Shown here piece by piece: positions 54,458 to 64,000 of a stretch of DNA of 64,000 nucleotides. Within the stretch, counting starts at the first letter, position 1, and every line of letters begins with the position of its first letter. The stretch comes from Candidatus Bipolaricaulota bacterium (GTDB lineage Bacteria > Patescibacteriota > Patescibacteriia > UBA11705 > DATKZF01). Made by a program: the position numbers and the translations under genes. The notes below the pieces were generated by a model, which was given only the letters and a program-made list of their open reading frames with translations, did no database searches and had not been told where the DNA came from. The stretch covers positions 28,508 to 92,507 of the forward strand of contig DATKZF010000001.1 in the NCBI GenBank assembly GCA_035528115.1. The letters run 5' to 3'.

Positions 54458-56038
54458 ATGATTAAACCGGTTGAAAATTTATTGGCCGCTTATTTCGAGG
54501 AATCCAAGCCGTTGGAATATGAAGAGGAAAGCACTATTGGCGTGAATGAAGTGATTGCCAAGGCTGTTTTGGCTTATGAAAAAATTAGAAATATCGTGGA
54601 CTACCGCGATGAACATCTTTTGCGAAAAAGCGCCATTCAGCGCATTTGCAAAAGAAGGTTTTCCGAAGTGCTCCGAGGCGCTCAGATCGGCGATACATTG
54701 ATCAGGGAGTTGATTCGAGCCGGCTACGTGGCCAACCATTCTCTGCCGGAGACCAAAGTCAACGAATTGAACGGCGCTTTGAATAAGACGGCCAATCTGT
54801 GGCTGGCCGTAAAAGACTCTTTGACTTTTTCCGAACAAAAGAAAATTAAAAATTGGCTGCTGGGAATTTTATCGGTCGAGATTGAAGAATTGATCATAAA
54901 AACGGATTTCAAACGCGCGTTGGTCAATGCGGCGTTTTCGATCGCCAAATTGCAAACGGAAATTTTGGACGAAAAGATGTCCGATGATGAAAAGGATCTT
55001 CAACTTTACGTGGGCATTCAGCGGGCGTTGTTTAAGTCGGACAATGAGATGATCTCTTACGCTCTTTTACGTTTGTATTATCCGGCTTGGTTTGAAAATC
55101 CTGATGAAATTTTCGATGAAATTAAAATCAATATCCTGGGCATAAAGAAAATGATCGATCATCAGATTAAGCACCCGCTGGGCCGAAAGATCCAAAGATA
55201 TTGCAAATCATTCAGCGTTTATTTTTACGTCATTAAGGATTTGATTGAAGAAGATCCCGACCAAATCGAAGAAATTTTTTCCGACCCGGAGGCGACCAAG
55301 GAATTATTGAAGGGGATTATTGAAAAGAAAAAAATAGCGGTGAACAGTCGTCTGAATAAAAGCATTTGGCGCGCCATGATTTATATTTTGCTGACCAAAA
55401 TGCTGATCGCCTTGGCGCTGGAAGTGCCGTTCGAATATTTTTTATTCAAGGAAATTAACTTGATTCCGCTTTTCATAAATTTGTTCGGCCCCATTGTCTT
55501 GTTGTTTTTTATCGGCAAAACCATAGTTGTTTCATCAAGCAAAAACGCGGAGAAAATTCTGACGCAGACGATGAGTATTATTTACGGTTGGACCGAGAAT
55601 ATGAAGAAAACGATTATCAAGCCGCCGAGAAATTGGGGAGCGCTGAAACATATCATTTTCGGACTTTTTTACTTTTGCACTTATTTTATCAGCTTCGGCG
55701 CCATCGTCTGGGGTCTGGCCGAGCTTGAATTCAATGTGGTCAGCGGCGCGATATTTTTGGTGTTTTTGAGCATTGTCAGCTTTTTCGGCTACCGTTTGCG
55801 CCAAAATGCCAAAGAAATGTATGTGCTCAAGGAAAAAGGCGGTTTTTTGTCCAGCTTGATGGAATTTTTCTTCATGCCCGTTATAAAAGTGGGGCAGGAG
55901 ATTTCCACCAATTTTTCTAAAATAAACGTTTTTATTTTTATTCTCGACTTTATAATTGCCGCGCCGTTTAATATCATCATTGACATCATTGACGACTGGT
56001 TCGCGTTTTTGAAGGAGAAAAAGGATGAGATTTACTAA
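54458..56038 (+). CDS. Hypothetical membrane protein (soluble N-terminal domain, C-terminal TM bundle)
   Basis: ORF only. Confidence 0.4.
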   Translation: MIKPVENLLAAYFEESKPLEYEEESTIGVNEVIAKAVLAYEKIRNIVDYRDEHLLRKSAIQRICKRRFSEVLRGAQIGDTLIRELIRAGYVANHSLPETKVNELNGALNKTANLWLAVKDSLTFSEQKKIKNWLLGILSVEIEELIIKTDFKRALVNAAFSIAKLQTEILDEKMSDDEKDLQLYVGIQRALFKSDNEMISYALLRLYYPAWFENPDEIFDEIKINILGIKKMIDHQIKHPLGRKIQRYCKSFSVYFYVIKDLIEEDPDQIEEIFSDPEATKELLKGIIEKKKIAVNSRLNKSIWRAMIYILLTKMLIALALEVPFEYFLFKEINLIPLFINLFGPIVLLFFIGKTIVVSSSKNAEKILTQTMSIIYGWTENMKKTIIKPPRNWGALKHIIFGLFYFCTYFISFGAIVWGLAELEFNVVSGAIFLVFLSIVSFFGYRLRQNAKEMYVLKEKGGFLSSLMEFFFMPVIKVGQEISTNFSKINVFIFILDFIIAAPFNIIIDIIDDWFAFLKEKKDEIY

Positions 56039-56202
56039 GTGTTTTTCACTTAGCAATCCCGCTTTTGGCGGGGTTTTTTTTATTTGACTAAATTTAGTTT
56101 TGATTAGCATTCGACGAACCTTGGCGTGTCTGCTGGAATTCAGTCTGCGGCAGCGCGGGCTGTAAAGATCCAGAGCTGCCGGACGGATACAAACAATGTT
56201 GG

Positions 56203-56250
56203 GCAAAGGCCGCGTCCTTGCCCTTTTTTAATTGAAAAAATCGGCATTTT
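56203..56250. repeat. Left copy of a ~45-bp direct repeat (TTGGGCAAAGGnnnnnnnCTTGCCCTTTTTTAATTGAAAAAATC) flanking the GC-rich cassette
   Basis: Matches 57177-57230. Confidence 0.65.
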
Positions 56251-56342
56251 GAGCGCGATTTTGTTGTTGACAAAATGTTGAATATGGCGTATTATTAACT
56301 CTTGTCGTTGATTGCTGGAAACCGCAACTGTTGGAGGGCGGA

Positions 56343-57150
56343 AATGACGCTTATTTTCGATGAACGAGTTCAGGTCGAGCTTCTAGGTAGGGCATGGGGT
56401 GATTTTCACCCGACGAAGAGTGCGGAGGCTCACATACTCCTTGTCAGGGCCTCGGTCAGTCACAAGTTCGCCGAGCTGTTTTTGCCCAGCGTTGCTTTCA
56501 CGAACAGGGTGGCGGGCAGGCTGGACTCAAACGCTTTCCGTCTGGACGATGTACCTCCCTTGGCGTGGAGGACAACCACGAAGGCTGATGGCGGAATCAT
56601 CGTCAACGATCCGAGTGTGGCCGTGGGCATCTGCAACGCGGATTGCCACATCGGAGTGATCTACGAGCCACGTAGGCACATTCTGTGCGTTGTGCACTTG
56701 GGCCTCAAGTGCTTCCATCGACCGGACGGAGAGCCGAGCATTCTCCAGGAGGCCATCAAGGTGCTCCGTTGCGACTCTTCGGACCTTCTCTTTACCTTCG
56801 GCGGCGGAGCGGGCCCGTGTTGCTTCGGCTACGACCTCCATGATCCCAAGTTCGGCGATCAGAACATTCGCCAGGCCCAGGATCTCCGGAATCGGTTCGG
56901 AGAAGACGCGGTCAAGGGTGAAGTCGAGCGCGGGCCGCGTCGCGGTTTTGCCGCGCATGATCTTCCGACCATGATTTTGCGGCACGCGCAAGATCTCGGC
57001 TTGGCGATTCAAGACATCGATTTCACCTGTACTTCCTGCGCCGGCTTGAAGGTGGAGGGGGAGAACGAAGTCGGCGAGCGCATGTTCTGGTCGAATTTGC
57101 GAGGAGACGTGAACAACCGCAATTTCTTTTTCGCGCGCTTGGTCGGGTAG
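56343..57150 (+). CDS. YfiH/PgeF/LACC1-family purine-nucleoside enzyme (DUF152 laccase-domain protein); GC ~58% against genome ~40%
   Basis: ADCHIGV...VVHLGLKC and GGGAGPCCFGYD match the family motifs; GGAGGG Shine-Dalgarno-like site before the ATG. Confidence 0.55.
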
Positions 57151-57176
57151 CCGGCCGCGATCTGGAAGGAGACACT

Positions 57177-57230
57177 TTGGGCAAAGGACGCAGTTCTTGC
57201 CCTTTTTTAATTGAAAAATCCCGAGTTTTA
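57177..57230. repeat. Right copy of the ~45-bp direct repeat flanking the GC-rich cassette
   Basis: Matches 56203-56250. Confidence 0.65.
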
Positions 57231-57248
57231 AGCTAAACTGTGATTAAT

Positions 57249-58895
57249 ATGAAGCAATGGTTGAAAAAAAATCGGTTTGTCGTTATTTTGGCCGGCATTG
57301 GCATTGTGTGTTTTTTTATTTACGGCTTTTTGGCATTTACCGCGCCCAAGGAAATTTTCAATTCTCCGGATGAAACGGCCAATTATGTTTTTTCCAGCGC
57401 TTATTCGCGCGGCTCCATGGCCATGGCCGAGCCGGACAATTTAAGGGTTCAAGGAATCATTCATCCCAGAAGCGCCACGGTCAATGAAAAAGGGGACATA
57501 GTGCCCGGATATTTTTTGGGACTGCCGATTATTTTGGGTTTTTTGGCGAAAATTTTCGGCAGCGGGATCATTTCCTTTGTCACGCCGATTGTTTCGGCCA
57601 TAACGCCTTTGTTTTTTTACTGGGCCCTGAAAAATATTTTTGAAAAAAAAGTCGCTTTCATTTCAGCTTTGCTTTTATATTTTCATCCCATTTTTATTTA
57701 TTACAGCGCCAAAAGCTTGATGCCCAATGTTTTGTTCATTGATTTTTTGATAATTTCTTTGGCTTTTATTTTGAACGCCGGTTACAAGAAAGGCTTCAAA
57801 AATCAATTCAGAATCAAACCGATTTTGTTTTATCTATTGGCCGGCGCTTTTTTGGGTCTGGCCATGAGCATCAGACCATCGGAATTTTTCTGGGTGGTTT
57901 TTTTGTATTTGATTTTATTTCTTTTTGGAATTAAAAAAGTCAATTGGCCCGGTTTGATTTTGGGTCTTTTGGCCGCCGCTGCCGCGCAAATCCCGACCTT
58001 ACTGGAAAATATGGCGCTTTACGGCGGTTATTTGAAGCTGGGCTATAATACCAGGCTGCTGGGAGTCGAGCTTGATCAAGGCGGCGTTTTGGGATTGTTA
58101 AAATCAATTTTTTCATGGTCAACCGTTTTTCCGTTCGGCATCAAGCTCGCGGCCAGCGCCAATGTTTTTATCAATTATTTCTGGAGATTTTTAGGCTGGT
58201 ATCATCTTTGGCTTTTGCCCGGCCTGGCAGCTTCTGTCGTTTATTTGAAATTCAATTGGTCGCGCAAAATCGTTTACGCGATCGGCATTTTGGGAGTCGG
58301 CGCGTATTTGATTTTATATTACGGCGCTTATGTTTTTCAAGATAATATCAATTCCTCGCAGATTTCCATCGGCACGTCATATTTACGATATTGGCTGCCC
58401 CTGATGATCATGATTTTGCCCGTCATGGCTTATTCGATATACGCTGTTTGGCGTTTGTCCGAAAAATTCGGATTGAAAATAAAAGCGGCTTTCACGATTT
58501 TATTTTTTTTAATTTTGAATCTGTACACCTTTCAAATCGTCTTTGCCGAGACCAATGAAAGCTTGCTCGCCGTTAAAGAAAATTTGAAAAAATACGATTT
58601 TATTCGAGAAAACGTTTTGGCCGTTACCGAAGAGGACGCCATTATCATTTGCGACCGCTCTGATAAAATATTTTTCCCAAAAAGGCAAGTGATTGTTTTT
58701 CAGGAAAATTACGAGATTTTCCCGCTGATCAATCGGATCGTTTCACGCCGGCCCGTGTATTTTTACACCATGTTGCCGCCCGAAGACCTTAATTATTTGT
58801 CACAAAATAAAATCGCGAAAAGAAATTGGCAATTTTTCATTATCAACCGATTCGATAATTTTTATCTTTATAAATTGATCGGCGACAAGGATTGA
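57249..58895 (+). CDS. GT-C fold membrane glycosyltransferase (ArnT/PMT-like)
   Basis: ~12 TM helices in the N-terminal 400 aa then a soluble C-terminal domain; next to dehydratase, GT2 and DUF2304 genes. Confidence 0.45.
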   Translation: MKQWLKKNRFVVILAGIGIVCFFIYGFLAFTAPKEIFNSPDETANYVFSSAYSRGSMAMAEPDNLRVQGIIHPRSATVNEKGDIVPGYFLGLPIILGFLAKIFGSGIISFVTPIVSAITPLFFYWALKNIFEKKVAFISALLLYFHPIFIYYSAKSLMPNVLFIDFLIISLAFILNAGYKKGFKNQFRIKPILFYLLAGAFLGLAMSIRPSEFFWVVFLYLILFLFGIKKVNWPGLILGLLAAAAAQIPTLLENMALYGGYLKLGYNTRLLGVELDQGGVLGLLKSIFSWSTVFPFGIKLAASANVFINYFWRFLGWYHLWLLPGLAASVVYLKFNWSRKIVYAIGILGVGAYLILYYGAYVFQDNINSSQISIGTSYLRYWLPLMIMILPVMAYSIYAVWRLSEKFGLKIKAAFTILFFLILNLYTFQIVFAETNESLLAVKENLKKYDFIRENVLAVTEEDAIIICDRSDKIFFPKRQVIVFQENYEIFPLINRIVSRRPVYFYTMLPPEDLNYLSQNKIAKRNWQFFIINRFDNFYLYKLIGDKD

Positions 58896-58898
58896 GTT

Positions 58899-59441
58899 AT
58901 GAAAGAAAAATATTTCAAAATATTGAGAGTGGCGATTTGGTTGATGGCGGTTGGAGTTTTGGCTTATTTTTTCGCCGATTATTTTTCGATTGACGGCTCC
59001 TTTTATTTGAAATACGAAGTTGGCCGGCCGATTGGCCAAGTGTCCCGATTTTATGCGCCTGAAAATTATCAAATCATCTCCGACGCCGAGAAAACATTCG
59101 TTGAAATAAATAAAACTCCGACCGCCTTTGATTTGAAATTACCGACAAAATTCGAAAAAGCGACAATCGTTTTGACATACAGGACCGAGGATTCGGACGG
59201 TTTTCGCTTCGGACCGATTTCGGATCAAGGAAAAACACGATTTGAAACGGAAAAGATCGAGACTTCGGCCAATTGGCGAGAGCAAGCCTTTGAATTTAAT
59301 CTGGCCGATGCTTACTTTTCCAAAAACCAAGGCTATTCCTTCGTTTTCGAAACATCCGGCGGAACAATTGAAGTTGCTTCAATTCAATTTGATTTGCAAA
59401 GAAAAAAATTATGGCAATCGATTGGCGAAAAATTAAAATGA
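58899..59441 (+). CDS. Hypothetical protein with N-terminal TM anchor
   Basis: ORF only. Confidence 0.35.
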   Translation: MKEKYFKILRVAIWLMAVGVLAYFFADYFSIDGSFYLKYEVGRPIGQVSRFYAPENYQIISDAEKTFVEINKTPTAFDLKLPTKFEKATIVLTYRTEDSDGFRFGPISDQGKTRFETEKIETSANWREQAFEFNLADAYFSKNQGYSFVFETSGGTIEVASIQFDLQRKKLWQSIGEKLK

Positions 59442-59779
59442 GCGAGCAAGCCGGCGTTTTGTCCGCGGATTTTTATTTGATCGGCGCGCTCGCTCTGATA
59501 AGCTATTTTTGTCTGGAGAAAATTTGGCCGGGCATAATCGGCAATTATTTTAATCCCGCTTGGCTGATCGTTTATTGGCTGATTTCTTTCGCCGCTTTTT
59601 GTTTTTTCAGGCCGGATAGAACCTCGCCGATGCGGATACTTTTAGGCTGTTTGGCCGCGGCCGCCGGGCTGCTGTATTTCAAATTATCATTGGGTCCGTG
59701 GTTTGGCTTGTTGATTCTTGTTTTCCCGGTTGTCTTGCTGTTAATTTCGGAGAGGCGCAACGAGATTGCCAAAAGATGA
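59438..59779 (+). CDS. Small polytopic membrane protein (hypothetical)
   Basis: ORF; three TM helices. Confidence 0.35.
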   Translation: MSEQAGVLSADFYLIGALALISYFCLEKIWPGIIGNYFNPAWLIVYWLISFAAFCFFRPDRTSPMRILLGCLAAAAGLLYFKLSLGPWFGLLILVFPVVLLLISERRNEIAKR

Positions 59780-59822
59780 TTTTTTAACTAAAATGTCTAT
59801 GTATAACTCTTAATGAATTTTT

Positions 59823-60860
59823 ATGGCGAAACAAAGCAAAAATATTTTGGTTTTGGGCGGCGCGGGTTTTATCGGTTCATATCTGTGCGAGAGACTGGTC
59901 AAGGCCGGTTTTAACGTGATTTGCGTGGATAACTTTTCAAGTTCCAGTCAGTTAAACATCAATCATTTGCTGCAAGAGTCCAATTTTGAATTGATAAAGC
60001 ATGATATGGCCGAGCCATTGCTTGATTTGGAGGAAATAGAGGACGTGGCCAAATTTCAAATTAATGTTTACGGCATTCAGGAAATTTACAACTTGGCCTG
60101 TCCGACTTCGGTGAAAAATTTTGAAGCGCATCAAATCCAGACGATCCTGGCCAATACGATCGCGGTGAAGAACGCTCTTGATTTGGCCGTGAAATACAAA
60201 GCGAAATTCATGCAGTTTTCATCTTCGGTGATTTACGGCGACGTGCCCAAAAGCACCATTGGCAAGCCGAATTTCATCAAAGAAGATTATCGCGGCCTGA
60301 TTGATCATTTGGAGCCGCGCGCCTGCTACGACCAAGGCAAAAAATACGCGGAGACCATCGTTGACGTGTATCACCGCCAGTTTGATTTGGACACCAAGAT
60401 CGTCAGAATTTTTCGAACGTTCGGTCCGCGCATGCTGCTTAAAGACGGACAGATGATTCCCGATTTCATTATCAACGCGTTGGATAATAAAGATTTGGAA
60501 ATTTTCGGAGATGAAAATTTCATCACTTCGATTTGCTATGTATCCGACATTGTCGAGGGCGCCGTGACCTTGATGGACAGCCCGCTCAATGATCCGGTCA
60601 ATATGGGCGGCACGACTGTGCATAAGTTAGTCGATGTGGCCAATAAAATTAAAGAATTGACCAATTCATCATCGAATATAGTTTTCAAGGAAAGCTTATT
60701 GTTTATGAGAGAACTGGGTTATCCGGATATCGGCAGGATCAAGAAAGCCATCGGTTGGTTTCCCATCGTCAGTTTGGAAGACGGCCTGAATAGAACCATT
60801 GAATATACCAAGGCGCACAAAAATTTGGTTAATTTCTCTTCAAACAATGACGAAGCGTAA
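59823..60860 (+). CDS. NAD-dependent sugar-nucleotide epimerase/dehydratase (UDP-glucuronate decarboxylase / UXS-like SDR)
   Basis: GGAGFIGS Rossmann motif; YxxxK region; 345 aa. Confidence 0.7.
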   Translation: MAKQSKNILVLGGAGFIGSYLCERLVKAGFNVICVDNFSSSSQLNINHLLQESNFELIKHDMAEPLLDLEEIEDVAKFQINVYGIQEIYNLACPTSVKNFEAHQIQTILANTIAVKNALDLAVKYKAKFMQFSSSVIYGDVPKSTIGKPNFIKEDYRGLIDHLEPRACYDQGKKYAETIVDVYHRQFDLDTKIVRIFRTFGPRMLLKDGQMIPDFIINALDNKDLEIFGDENFITSICYVSDIVEGAVTLMDSPLNDPVNMGGTTVHKLVDVANKIKELTNSSSNIVFKESLLFMRELGYPDIGRIKKAIGWFPIVSLEDGLNRTIEYTKAHKNLVNFSSNNDEA

Positions 60861-60866
60861 AAAATT

Positions 60867-61532
60867 ATGTCAAAAGTGATTATCGTTTTGCCGGCGTACA
60901 ATGAAGAAAAAACAATCGCGGCGGTGATTGAAGATTTGTTGCGAGCTGATTTTCAAGAAATCGTGGCAATTGATGACGGATCTTCGGATAATACGCTTGA
61001 AGTTTTAAAAAAATACCCGGTTCATTGCTTGGCGCATAAAATTAATTGCGGCCAAGGCGCTTCGCTGCGCACGGGCACGGAAATGGCTCTGGCGCTGGGC
61101 GCGGACATTATCGTGCATTTTGACGCGGACGGACAGCATCAGGTCAAAGACATTGAAAAATTCGTCGAAGCGATCGAAAGCGGCCATGATATCGCCATCG
61201 GATCCAGATTTTTTGGGGAAAACCAAAATATTCCATTCACCAAAAAATGGTTCATTTTAAAACCGGGCATTTTGTTCAACTGGTTTTTTACGGGGTTAAA
61301 ATTAACTGACGCGCACAACGGTTTTCGCGCCATGTCGCGATTGGCCGCGCAAAAAATAAAAATCACCCAAAATCGCATGGCTCATAACACGGAAATTCCC
61401 TCGGAAATATTCCGCCATGGATTGAAATACGCCGAAGTGCCCGTGGAAATAATTTATAAAGAATACGGCCAGACTTTTCGCGGCGGCATAAATATAATCG
61501 TTGATTTGATTAAACATAAAATGTTTCATTGA
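60867..61532 (+). CDS. GT2-family glycosyltransferase (polyprenol-phosphate sugar transferase, DPM1/GtrB/ArnC-like)
   Basis: VLPAYNEE plus IDDGSSD (DXD) motifs. Confidence 0.75.
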   Translation: MSKVIIVLPAYNEEKTIAAVIEDLLRADFQEIVAIDDGSSDNTLEVLKKYPVHCLAHKINCGQGASLRTGTEMALALGADIIVHFDADGQHQVKDIEKFVEAIESGHDIAIGSRFFGENQNIPFTKKWFILKPGILFNWFFTGLKLTDAHNGFRAMSRLAAQKIKITQNRMAHNTEIPSEIFRHGLKYAEVPVEIIYKEYGQTFRGGINIIVDLIKHKMFH

Positions 61533-61906
61533 TACTTATGAATTTGATTCAGATTTTCATTTTATTGTTCGTGGCCTACGTGATTTATCGATTGACCAAG
61601 AAATTGACCAAGCGCGAATTGAGCGCGGAAGTGTTTGTTTTATGGTTGATTTTTTGGCTGCTCATGGCGCTGGTGGTGATTTTGCCTCAGACTTCGCAGT
61701 TTGTCGCGGATTGGCTGGGCGTGGGCAGAGGAGTCGATGTGATGATTTATATTTCAATTATCGTTTTGTTCTATATAGCTTTCAGGATTTTCGCGCGCTT
61801 GGAGAAAATGGAAAAGGATATTACTTTGCTGGTGAAAGATTCGGCCATCAGGGAAGCGATGAAAAATAAGATTGGCAGAGCTGAAAATAATTTTAAACAA
61901 GATTGA
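61529..61906 (+). CDS. DUF2304-family small membrane protein (GT2-associated)
   Basis: Four TM helices; the usual partner of GT2 genes. Confidence 0.5.
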   Translation: MILMNLIQIFILLFVAYVIYRLTKKLTKRELSAEVFVLWLIFWLLMALVVILPQTSQFVADWLGVGRGVDVMIYISIIVLFYIAFRIFARLEKMEKDITLLVKDSAIREAMKNKIGRAENNFKQD

Positions 61907-61994
61907 ACGCGGCGGAGAGATATCCTCTCCGTTTTTAAGTTAAATGAATTTTTGATATAATTAGAGAGCTAAATATTTTTTATTCCAATAATCT

Positions 61995-62564
61995 ATGGAG
62001 GAAACGGAATTTAAGACAGGACTCGAAAATGAGGCGGATTTGGTGGAGCGCGCCAAGACCGATGACGGAGCTTTCGGCGTTTTGTACGGCTATTACTTTC
62101 CGAAAATTTACGGTTATATTTTTAAAAGAGTCGGCAACCGAGAAACCGCCGAGGACTTGGTGTCGGAAATTTTCATGAAAGTTTTTTGCAATCTCGAACG
62201 ATACTCGGCTCGCGGTTTTGGTTTTTCGACCTGGCTTTATAGGGTGGCCACCAATCATCTGACTGATTTTTATCGAAAAGCGGCCAATAGAAAAATTGTC
62301 GATATTGATCAAGTGGCTGAACCGGCCGACAAAATGCAGGGGATTGAAGATAAAATCCAAGTCGATCAAGATCGCGGTAAAATTCAATCAATTATTGCCA
62401 AACTCAAGCCAAACTATCAAAAAGTCTTAAATTTGAAGTATTTTGCGGAATTATCCACTTTTGAAATAGCGGATATTTTTAAAATAACTGAAAATAACGC
62501 TCGGGTGCTATTGCATCGGGCGCATAAAAGTTTTAAAAATTTATATGAAAAACATGGAAAATAA
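61995..62564 (+). CDS. ECF-type sigma-70 family sigma factor
   Basis: Region 2 (ETAEDLVSEIFMKVF...STWLYRVATNHLTDFYRK) and region 4 HTH (ELSTFEIADIFKITENNARVLLHRA). Confidence 0.8.
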   Translation: MEETEFKTGLENEADLVERAKTDDGAFGVLYGYYFPKIYGYIFKRVGNRETAEDLVSEIFMKVFCNLERYSARGFGFSTWLYRVATNHLTDFYRKAANRKIVDIDQVAEPADKMQGIEDKIQVDQDRGKIQSIIAKLKPNYQKVLNLKYFAELSTFEIADIFKITENNARVLLHRAHKSFKNLYEKHGK

Positions 62565-64000
62565 CCTAAAAAATGACGGTTTTAATCAAGAAATAAATTC
62601 TCAAAATCGTAATGATTTTGAGACTGAGCCGTTGAAAGAAGCAGATATGATTAACAAAGCTAAATTTAAGGCTGAACCTGCTTCTCAAGATTTTCAACAG
62701 GCTTTAAAGTCGAAAATCTTGGCGGCCAGATCAGCCAAACAAAGTATGAATAAGTTCGATTTCAGCAAGGTCATCAGCGCGATCAAGCCCAAAAATTTCG
62801 CGCCGGTCATGGCTTTTATTTTAATTATCGCCATTGTTTTCACCACCGTCCATTTTTGGCCGGATTCCAGAATTTCCGGACCATTCAAAACTCTCTCGGG
62901 TCTGATGATAAGTCCGGCTCACGCCGAGGATAATTTCGATGTCCAGCCCACTTTGAGCGATTCAATCGGAGTTGAAACCTCGACCGCGTTCATTATTAAA
63001 AGTAAAGACAAACTCGATTCCGATTTATTGAAGGAAAATATCAGCTTGATCCCGCAAACCGAGTTTGATTTTGAAAAAATCAGCGATTATGAATTTAAGG
63101 TGACTCCGAAAAACATTCTCGAAGGCAAAAAGGTTTATAATTTAAAAATCGAAGCCGCTTACGTCAATGATAACGGCATTGTTATCGCTCGCGATTTTTC
63201 ATGGGCTTTTCAGGTGAAGGATCAATTTAAGATCATAAACACTTTGCCGAAAGACAAAGCGTACAATGTTCCGTTGAACAGCGGAATCGAAGTGACTTTC
63301 AGTCATGAAGACATCAAAAATTACGAAAAGAATATTTTGATTGAACCTAAAGTGGAGGGCAGATTTGAAAAACATAAAAGAACCGTGGTTTTCGTGCCCA
63401 AAGGTTTGAGCGCCGGCACGATTTATACGGTCACGGTAAAAAAGGCTATTGAATTGCCCGGATCCGATAGCAAAATGGAGAACGATTATGTTTTTCAATT
63501 TGAAACCACCTCATCGGTCAATAAAAATTATTACAGCGGCGTAAGCTTTGTTGACAACTACATGGAATTTACGACCTCAAATCAAGCCGCTTTTCAGGTG
63601 TATTCATATGGCAACGAATTGGAGACCGCGGCTCAAATTCCAATGACGATTTATTCGTTCAAAAGCGAAAATCAATTTGTTGACGCGATCAACAAGGTCA
63701 ATGACATTCCTTCCTGGGCTTATTACAGCAATAGAATGTACTCGTACGATATATCGGCGTTGAATAAAGCCGATTCCTTCGAGCTGGCATTGCAGGAGTA
63801 CGGTTATTCCAATTACTTATTATTGCCTGAAAATTTGTCCGCCGGTTATTATTTGGCTGAAGTGGATTATCAAGGCCGCCGAGCGCAGACATATTTCGTG
63901 GTGACCGATATTTCCGCGTACAGCATGCTTTCGGAAAATAAAATCTTGGTCTGGGTCAATGATTTAAAGACCAAAGAGCCGATCGCCAACGCCGATGTTC
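62555..64000 (+). CDS. Membrane-anchored large extracytoplasmic protein, partial (runs off the window); candidate anti-sigma factor and/or alpha-2-macroglobulin-like MG-domain protein
   Basis: Open frame from the ATG at 62555 to the window end; ~85-aa cytoplasmic N-terminus, one TM (FAPVMAFILIIAIVFTTVHF), then beta-rich repeats; start overlaps the sigma-factor stop. Confidence 0.45.

Noticed and set aside
56399-57012. Overlapping alternative-frame ORFs in the GC-rich cassette (56399..56659, 56460..56651, 56527..57012, 56690..56974)
   Set aside because: High GC inflates random ORF length. Only the 56343..57150 frame carries YfiH/PgeF motifs and a Shine-Dalgarno-like site.
1-64000. Alternative genetic code (UGA or UAG reassignment, as in some CPR lineages) suggested by the in-frame TGA in dinD and TAG in the nucleotidase gene
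   Set aside because: TGA, TAG and TAA all end long, intact, conserved genes (rluB ends in TGA; recQ, dnaG, rpoD, typA, rbcL and gpmI are uninterrupted). The two in-frame stops are isolated and best read as pseudogenisation or sequencing errors.
1-64000. CRISPR array
   Set aside because: No series of regularly spaced identical short repeats with unique spacers. The repeats present are dispersed MITE-like elements and tandem leader units.

Overview
The window is a 64 kb AT-rich (~40% GC) stretch that looks like a Candidate Phyla Radiation (Patescibacteria) genome. Genes are small and tightly packed, Shine-Dalgarno sites are few, and the standard code applies (TGA, TAA and TAG all terminate intact housekeeping genes). 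All product calls are motif-level inferences; I ran no searches. Content: (1) a nucleoside-salvage operon typical of CPR (beta-CASP RNase, ribose-1,5-bisphosphate isomerase, HAD phosphatase, form II/III RuBisCO, AMP phosphorylase), broken up by MITE-like repeats; (2) housekeeping genes rluB, recQ, typA, dnaG-rpoD, pgsA, gpmI, trmH and rpmG, plus four tRNAs (Ser-GGA, Val-CAC, Asn-GTT, Thr-TGT); (3) hypC-hypD-hypE with a truncated hypF homologue (Kae1-like domain only) and no hydrogenase structural gene in the window; (4) a surface-protein cluster with a dockerin-like/cohesin-like pair, a DUF4230 protein and a C39-like peptidase; (5) a glycan module (GT-C, UXS-like dehydratase, GT2, DUF2304), an ECF sigma factor and a large membrane-anchored protein; (6) several GC-rich islets carrying small Cys-rich ORFs, two of which sit beside tRNA genes that also carry tRNA-fragment scars; (7) two broken genes, a DinD/Bro-N homologue with an in-frame TGA plus a -1 frameshift and a UMPH-1-type nucleotidase with one in-frame TAG; (8) a GC-rich YfiH/PgeF-family gene flanked by ~45-bp direct repeats, which looks horizontally acquired. 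The features that look most novel are the two repeat families (a MITE-like element with 21-bp terminal inverted repeats that supplies ATG start codons, and a tandem 'CCAAGGCTAGC...ATTTGTAAC' leader shared by the AMP phosphorylase and VIT transporter genes) and the incomplete Hyp maturation set. No CRISPR array, rRNA or intact transposase was seen.
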